Below are positions 58,636-64,000 of a stretch of 64,000 bases of DNA, piece after piece (the stretch's first letter is position 1; each line of letters opens with the position of its first letter). The notes under the pieces were generated by a model, which was not told where the DNA came from, made no database searches, and was given only the letters and a program-made list of their open reading frames with translations. The translations under genes were made by a program, and so were the position numbers. The stretch is from Clostridia bacterium (GTDB lineage: Bacteria; Bacillota; Clostridia; Christensenellales; CAG-138): NCBI GenBank assembly GCA_030526995.1, contig JAUNBP010000001.1:28963-92962 (forward strand), in the 5' to 3' direction.

Positions 58636-60603
58636 ATGGAAAAACTTAAAAAAAGGATTCGGAAACGAATCAAAGAACTCTCAAAACTGAAAAAAGCAAT
58701 TATCTGTATTGCAGTGGCAGCTTTCGTACTGTACTGGATAGGCATAGGAGCGCAAGCGATACACTTGCAGTTTAAGCGATTCACAGACGGGAATCTGTTT
58801 AATCCCGCTGCAACCCAACCCGTTAATTGGCTTCCGATAAGCGGAGCGTATAACTATCTGTTCACAACGGTAATCGGACTGGTGTTCTTTGCGGCACTGG
58901 TTATCTTCATCATTTGGTTTGTCGGCTATCTGAGAGCAAGGAGCAAATGGGCTGAAGGCACAGAGGACGAGGAACGGAACTTCACACAGGGTGCAAAAGG
59001 CACATACGGAACGGCTAAATGGCTGACAAAGGAAAAAGCAGAGGAAGTTCTGGAATTTGGCAAGATAGAGGACATAATGGGAACAGTGCTTGGCAAATAT
59101 GAGAACGGTGTCGTAAGCCTGCCAAGTGATACAAGACTGAACCAGCATATCGCAATCATGGGTGCAAGCGGTACAGGTAAGTCAAGGGGCTTCTCCCGAA
59201 CGCATATCATCCAAAGCGTAAGGAGAGCCGAATCAATCATAGTCACCGACCCTAAGGGTGAACTGTACAATTCAACTGCCGCATATTGCAAGGAACATGG
59301 GTATGAGGTAAAGGTCTTGAACCTTGTTTCCCCCGAACACAGCGACTATTGGAATGTCATGGACGAGATGTGCGGGAATACCCTGCGAGTACAAACGCTT
59401 GCGGAAGTCATTATTCAGAATACCAATGTGAGCAGTAAAGGCGGTGACAGGTTTTGGGACGATTCAGAAACAAACCTTGTTAAAGCAGTCGCCCTAATGG
59501 TCGAGTTGGACAAGCCGTCAGACGGGAATGGCACACTGCGTAAGACCCTGCCGATTATCTATAAGCTGATAGCAGGGAACAGCGAAAAGGACTTGATAAG
59601 TATGTTTGCAAGAAAGGGCATAGTGTCGGATGCACACCCCGCATATATCCCGCTGCAAATGTTCTTGCAGGCAGACCCAAAGGTACGAGCAAGCGTTGTA
59701 ACGGGCTTTGGCACACGACTTCATATCTTGCAGGATAAGACGATACAAAAGATGCTGTCACACTCAAATATAGACCTGTCGCTTCCTGCGAAAAAACCGT
59801 GTGCGTATTACATCATACTAAGGGATAACGATAGAAGCCTTGACTTTATTGCAAGCCTTTTCTTCACATTCCTGTTTGTGCGAATCTGCGAATATGCCGA
59901 CAGCCAACCCGACTTGCGCTGTACAATCCCCGTCAATCTGATTCTGGACGAGTTCAGCAATATCGGCTCAATCCCGAACTTTGAACAGGTGTTGAGTACC
60001 ATACGAAGCCGTGAAGTCCATGTGAGTATCATCTTGCAGAACATAGCACAGTTGAAGAATAGATACCCGAACGATGTATGGAGCGAAATCTTGGGCAACT
60101 GCGACACTCAAATTCTTTTGGGCTGTACCGATGAATACACTGCCCAATACTTTTCGGACAGAAGCGGTGAAATGACGGTCATAGTGGACAGCAATCGGTA
60201 CGGACGGAAAACCTTTGCCCCCGGTCAAATCATAGACGACCACCAAGTAATGACAGGTGTGGGTAAACGCCCCCTGCTTACCATGCACGAGGTTCTAACC
60301 CTGCCGTCCGATGAACTGCTGATATGTCTGCGCGGCAACGATGTGCTTAAAGCCAAGAAGTTTGACTATACCGAACACCCCGAAAGCAAGTACCTCAAAG
60401 AACTAAATTGCAGGAACTATAACCCCAACACAATCTTTGAGCAGCCAGAGCAGCCAGCACCTCCCCGTCAGACTGGAAATGAGGATACGATTCCTACATC
60501 AAATTCCCCGTCTGACACGAGCGTGAAACCCAAGCCCAAACCCAAACCCAAGACCGACCAAGAGCAGCCGAATCTGTTTTGGTTTGAATCTAAATCAGAT
60601 TAA
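58636..60603 (+). CDS. VirD4/TraG-family type IV coupling protein
   Basis: Two N-terminal TM segments, YGTAKW, GASGTGKS, VTDPKGE, LDEFSNIG, IRSR...IILQNIAQL..RY. Confidence 0.95.
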   Translation: MEKLKKRIRKRIKELSKLKKAIICIAVAAFVLYWIGIGAQAIHLQFKRFTDGNLFNPAATQPVNWLPISGAYNYLFTTVIGLVFFAALVIFIIWFVGYLRARSKWAEGTEDEERNFTQGAKGTYGTAKWLTKEKAEEVLEFGKIEDIMGTVLGKYENGVVSLPSDTRLNQHIAIMGASGTGKSRGFSRTHIIQSVRRAESIIVTDPKGELYNSTAAYCKEHGYEVKVLNLVSPEHSDYWNVMDEMCGNTLRVQTLAEVIIQNTNVSSKGGDRFWDDSETNLVKAVALMVELDKPSDGNGTLRKTLPIIYKLIAGNSEKDLISMFARKGIVSDAHPAYIPLQMFLQADPKVRASVVTGFGTRLHILQDKTIQKMLSHSNIDLSLPAKKPCAYYIILRDNDRSLDFIASLFFTFLFVRICEYADSQPDLRCTIPVNLILDEFSNIGSIPNFEQVLSTIRSREVHVSIILQNIAQLKNRYPNDVWSEILGNCDTQILLGCTDEYTAQYFSDRSGEMTVIVDSNRYGRKTFAPGQIIDDHQVMTGVGKRPLLTMHEVLTLPSDELLICLRGNDVLKAKKFDYTEHPESKYLKELNCRNYNPNTIFEQPEQPAPPRQTGNEDTIPTSNSPSDTSVKPKPKPKPKTDQEQPNLFWFESKSD

Positions 60604-60686
60604 GCTGGCTCGTCTCGTCAGACTGGAAATGAGCTTAATTTTTTACAATCCAATTTCCCGTCTGATGGAGCGTTACGGGAGGAAAG

Positions 60687-60918
60687 CATCCCCGCTGACC
60701 TCAAAAAACCCACAACAAGCTCATTCTAAAAAACCAACCACCCCTTAAATCGCAAATAAATGCGTTTGGTGGCATTTTAGGAAAACATAGGCAATCACCC
60801 TCGAAGAACACAAAAAGCCAAAATATCGCAAATGGTGAAGCGTGGTGGCATTTTAACAAGGGTGGTGTGGAGGGGTGTGCGTGAGGGTGAGGAAAGAGCA
60901 GCCAGACCCCCGTAGCTC
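60687..60918 (+). repeat. long structured repeat A, copy 1
   Basis: CATCCCCGCTGACCTC...CCTTAAATCGCAAATAAATGCG...CATAGGCAATCACCCTCG...CGCAAATGGTGAAGCGT...CCAGACCCC; second copy at 61786-62004. Confidence 0.9.
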
Positions 60919-61138
60919 AGAAGACCCTCCCTGTCAGACTGGAAATCAGTTTGCTTTTTTAGAACCAAAATTCCAGTCTGATAGAGCGTCACGGGCGGAG
61001 AGCATTCCCAATTAAGTCGTCAGGTATCCGGGAGAAATTTTCCTGTCATACTGGAAATTACACTGATTTTTTGTGAGCAAAATTCCCGTCTGATAGAGGG
61101 CAGTGTGCGGGCAGCCACAATAAGTACTCAATTAAAAC

Positions 61139-61260
61139 ATAGGGTGGTGTACACCCAAATCTACGCCTGTGGAGAGAAAGTAAGACGGCGCATTGTTGCC
61201 GCAAACTCATTAAAGCAGGAAGCAATAATTTATTGCATACAACAAATCATTACTCATAGA
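61139..61260 (+). ncRNA. stand-alone TnpB omegaRNA-like scaffold plus putative guide, copy 1
   Basis: ATAGGGTGGTGTACACCC AAATCTACGCCTGTGGAGAG..GTAAGAC...CTC..AAAGCAGGAAGC, then a GCAATAA-T-TTATTGC hairpin; translates as IYACGE, like tnpB 3' tails. Confidence 0.7.
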
Positions 61261-61275
61261 AAGGAGAAAAGAAGC

Positions 61276-61698
61276 ATGAATTACATAAGCCCCAAGGCAA
61301 TCGACATTAAAAAGATTTGTTCCGACTTGCATATAAAGCTCAAAAAAACTAATCTGCCCAACGGACTGGTTGCAAAGACCGAAATATCCGAGGGAATAAC
61401 CCAAATCAGCGTGTCCGACAGGCTCTGCGAAGCCGACCGCCGCTACGCAATAGCAATAGAACTAAGCTATCTTGCGCGATATGGGTTCGCTCCCCCGTAC
61501 ATACATCTGCAATTCTCGTTTGCGCCGATAGAACCCAGCATACTCATAGCCGCCGATACGCTCATATGCCCCCCGGAGATAGCCAACTACTACAAAGCAG
61601 ACAAAAGTGAACCACTCGCCGCATATGCCCTGCGTGTGAGCGAAGCGTGTGGAATCCCCTACGCCCGTGCGAAGTGCTATATCGAACGCAATAGTTAA
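61276..61698 (+). CDS. ImmA/IrrE-like fold protein lacking HExxH
   Basis: IDIKKIC..L.I, RRYAIAIELSY in place of RRFTIAHELGH, AADTLICP; AAGGAG RBS. Confidence 0.55.
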   Translation: MNYISPKAIDIKKICSDLHIKLKKTNLPNGLVAKTEISEGITQISVSDRLCEADRRYAIAIELSYLARYGFAPPYIHLQFSFAPIEPSILIAADTLICPPEIANYYKADKSEPLAAYALRVSEACGIPYARAKCYIERNS

Positions 61699-61785
61699 AA
61701 GCTCAGCAGCCATCCCTGTCAGACTGGAAATCAGAATAAATATTTTTAACGAAATTTCCCGTCTGATGCGCTCGCCTCAACGCAC

Positions 61786-62004
61786 CATCCCCGCTGACCT
61801 CTAAGAACCCCCATAGAAATCATAATCAAAACCCAACCATGCCTTAAATCGCAAATAAATGCGTCTGGTGGCATTTTAGAAAACCATAGGCAATCACCCT
61901 CGGAGAATGCCCGAAGCCAAAATAGCGCAAATGGTGAAGCGTAGCGGCGTTTTGGAGAGGGGGGCGTGCGGGAGCTGGAAAAGAGAAACCAGACCCCGCA
62001 GCTC
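61786..62004 (+). repeat. long structured repeat A, copy 2
   Basis: Diverged direct repeat of 60687-60918; also flanked on both sides by palindromic sites. Confidence 0.9.
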
Positions 62005-62143
62005 GGTTCGTCAGACTGGAAATTGCATTGATTTTTTGTTTTATTCCCGTATGATAAAGCCCTCTGACGGAAAAGTTAATTTTACAAAAGCTATTGACAA
62101 TACTTCGGTTGTCCGACATAATAATAGCAGAGAGGTGATTTGG

Positions 62144-62719
62144 ATGAACTTGAACGATATGTTGAGAGAAAGGAATATGTCACGGTATCGGCTTTCAAAG
62201 CAAAGCGGGATTCCGCAGGCTACTCTAAGCGACATTTTCAGCGGCAAGGCGAAGATGTATCGATGCTCTGCCGAAACCGTTTACAGGCTCGCACAGGCAC
62301 TCGATGTTTCTATGGAGAGTTTGCTCGAACCCGAATTATCGGCAGAAAAGCGTAGCTCATTCGATGTGTACAGGAGTGGAGTATGTCACCTTGTCAAAGA
62401 CATGGGCGAAGTTGAGTTTGCCGTAGATATGCTTGAAAGGGACGAGGTTTCAAGGCTGTATGATAAAAAGTGGTACCCCGAAGCCTTTTATATGCTTGCA
62501 ATGATAGACTATCTGTGTAACAAGCACGAGGTTCCTTTGTGCAGCAAATACGATGAACTCCGTTGTCAGCGTTTGAAAAAGACCGTCTATCCGTCAAGCG
62601 CAGTTATCTTAGATGCAGCTACGAACACGGACGAGTACAAGGAGCAAGCGTTGAAAAATGCCACTCCGGAATTTATGCGTTTCAATATCGTTGAAAGCGA
62701 GGTAGAAAATGTCTGCTGA
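62144..62719 (+). CDS. XRE-HTH protein, probable antitoxin/regulator
   Basis: MSRYRLSKQSGIPQATLSDI HTH; WYPEAFYMLAMIDYL...PEFMRFNIVE; promoter TTGACA-N17-CATAAT with palindrome TCGG-N4-CCGA at 62105-62116. Confidence 0.82.
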   Translation: MNLNDMLRERNMSRYRLSKQSGIPQATLSDIFSGKAKMYRCSAETVYRLAQALDVSMESLLEPELSAEKRSSFDVYRSGVCHLVKDMGEVEFAVDMLERDEVSRLYDKKWYPEAFYMLAMIDYLCNKHEVPLCSKYDELRCQRLKKTVYPSSAVILDAATNTDEYKEQALKNATPEFMRFNIVESEVENVC

Positions 62720-62795
62720 ACTGTATTTTTCCAAGGAAAGGCTTGACGAGTGCCTTTTTATGCTTGCAAAGGAATATCGTAGGGACATTCAATAA
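62709..62795 (+). pseudogene. 28-aa stub of the partner gene (DUF6036-type nucleotidyltransferase N-terminus)
   Basis: MSAELYFSKERLDECLFMLAKEYRR, overlapping the HTH stop; resembles the F(T/S)KExLDxYLxxLAKEFR start of this family (from recall). Confidence 0.55.
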
Positions 62796-62922
62796 CCAAA
62801 AGCGGATTGTATGAACAAAGCGTAAACAAACACGAATTTTTTGAGTAATTGCCTAAAATTTAACGCTTTAGTTTATAGAGGGGCATCTGCCCTTTTTGCC
62901 CTTCAAAAAATTACACAAAAAG

Positions 62923-63028
62923 ATAGGGTGGTGTACACCCAAATTTAAGCCCGTGGAGATTGCTTTTACAATCGTTGAAGCGGGAAACAATAATTTATTG
63001 TATACAAAAACGGTACGCAAGGATAATT
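62923..63028 (+). ncRNA. stand-alone TnpB omegaRNA-like scaffold plus putative guide, copy 2
   Basis: ATAGGGTGGTGTACACCC AAATTTAAGCCCGTGGAGATTG..CAATCGTTGAAGCGGGAA ACAATAA-T-TTATTGT ATAC. Confidence 0.7.
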
Positions 63029-63093
63029 TGCAGGAAGTTCTCAACGCTCTTAAATCTAAAATTAAACAATAAAAATAAATCAGAAATCAAAAT

Positions 63094-63200
63094 ATAGGGC
63101 GGAGTACGCCCGAATTTACGCCCACGGAGATTGTGCTTGCAATCGTCGAAGTGGGAAGCAATAATTTATTGCATACTCACAAGATGCACTCTCTGGTATC
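63094..63200 (+). ncRNA. stand-alone TnpB omegaRNA-like scaffold plus putative guide, copy 3
   Basis: ATAGGGCGGAGTACGCCC GAATTTACGCCCACGGAGATTG..CAATCGTCGAAGTGGGAA GCAATAA-T-TTATTGC ATACTCAC. Confidence 0.72.
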
Positions 63201-63559
63201 CTCAGCCGCACCCCCCGTCAGACGGGGAATGACATTGTTTTTTTGTAAGCAAATTTCCAGTCTGATGCTCTCGCCTCTCCTCGACGGGGAATTGCATAGC
63301 GTTTTTTCAATCAGATTTCCAGTCTGATGCAAAACCCGCGTGCGAGCCTCCCATCGAGTAGCCCATCGCGACCCCCGCCCCGCACTCTACCTTGACGGCG
63401 AAAAAGAGAAAAAAATCTCAAAATTACCCTCAAAAATGAACAAAGTGTAAACAATCGTCCAAAAGTGATAGTAAATGCGTAAAAAAACACGCTTAAAGTA
63501 ATGAGGGACAAAAAATATCTCTTTCACAAAAAATCAAAAAAAGCAAGGAGGAAATATCA

Positions 63560-64000
63560 ATGCAGCACAATAAGGCCTACAAGTTTCGGCTTTACCCAAC
63601 CCGGCAACAACAAGAGCAAATCTTTCGCACTTTTGGCTGCTGCCGATTTGTTTATAACCATTACCTCGACAAGCGAAAGACATTGTATGAAGAACAAGGC
63701 AAAAAAATGAGCTTCTTCGATTGCACGAAAGACTTAACAATACTCAAAAAGGAACTCACATGGCTGGGCGAGGTAGAGCTTGTAGCCCTCCGTTACTCAA
63801 TCAAAGACCTTGATTTTGCTTTTCAGAATTTTTTTCGCGGTGCAGGCTACCCCAAATTCAAATCAAAGAAGGGCAGCCACCGCCACAGCTATCGCTCGGA
63901 CGGGAGTAATATCTCGTTTTCGGGAAACAAGGTCAAGCTGCCTAAACTTGGCTGGGTCAAATGCAAAGTAAGCCAGCCTATTAAGGGACGGATTCTAAAC
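63560..64000 (+). CDS. tnpB: RNA-guided endonuclease TnpB family protein (IS200/IS605), N-terminal 147 aa, cut by the window edge
   Basis: Absent from the ORF track; manual translation gives MQHNKAYKFRLYPT...FGCCRFVYN...DLDFAFQNFF.G.GYPKFKSKK...KLPKLGWVK; AAGGAGG RBS. Confidence 0.93.
   Translation, partial: MQHNKAYKFRLYPTRQQQEQIFRTFGCCRFVYNHYLDKRKTLYEEQGKKMSFFDCTKDLTILKKELTWLGEVELVALRYSIKDLDFAFQNFFRGAGYPKFKSKKGSHRHSYRSDGSNISFSGNKVKLPKLGWVKCKVSQPIKGRILN

Larger units (their letters stand above)
60468..63327. repeat. eight dispersed palindromic sites, TCAGAC(T/G)G(G)AAAT-like arm, N22, complementary arm
   Basis: Copies at 60468-60515, 60618-60665, 60934-60981, 61046-61093, 61719-61766, 62011-62054 (N18), 63218-63265, 63280-63327. 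Confidence 0.92.
36933..64000. mobile_element. genomic island (ICE/IME-like or its remnant); right end lies outside the window
   Basis: Visibly more AT-rich than the core; carries defence-type helicase operon, surface proteins, virD4, TA remnant and tnpB; no integrase seen in the window. Confidence 0.75.

Noticed and set aside
61105-61275. N-terminal extension of the 197-aa ORF (contains IYACGE)
   Set aside because: No RBS; it runs through the omegaRNA-like scaffold; the likely start is ATG 61276 after AAGGAG
61907-62143. N-terminal extension of the 270-aa ORF
   Set aside because: It crosses repeat A, a palindromic site and the promoter; the start at 62144 has a GAGGTG RBS
60468-63327. CRISPR array interpretation of the palindromic repeats
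   Set aside because: The arms are inverted rather than direct, spacing between units is irregular with genes in between, and no cas genes are present
63501-63740. Short ORFs 63501-63710 (+) and 63534-63740 (-)
   Set aside because: They are shadows of the tnpB frame that starts at 63560

Overview
Positions 1 to ~37.2 kb are core chromosome of a spore-forming Clostridia-class bacterium (lineage inferred from gene content): polA-coaE-transglycosylase-lspA-rluA, T-box-valS, comEC-like, a Spo0A-C paralog, a dockerin-bearing amidase, nagB-glmM-glmU(C)-glmS, a radical SAM pair, rng, rplU-prp-rpmA, spoIVA-gpr-spoIIP, asd-dapA-dapB, dnaE and rlmD. An accessory island starts at the 3' end of rlmD and runs off the right edge. 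It has four parts. (i) A Druantia-like DUF1998 helicase operon with one gene broken twice. (ii) A three-gene non-cellulosomal cohesin-dockerin surface module bracketed by 104-bp direct repeats. (iii) An unknown gene plus a VirD4 coupling protein. (iv) A 3.5-kb repeat-dense region with eight 48-bp palindromic sites, two ~230-bp structured repeats and three stand-alone TnpB omegaRNA-like scaffolds with covarying stems and different 3' guides, followed by a tnpB with no tnpA upstream (cut by the window edge). The multi-guide TnpB locus on a conjugative-type island is the best candidate for a novel system. All family calls come from motif recognition by eye; no searches were run.
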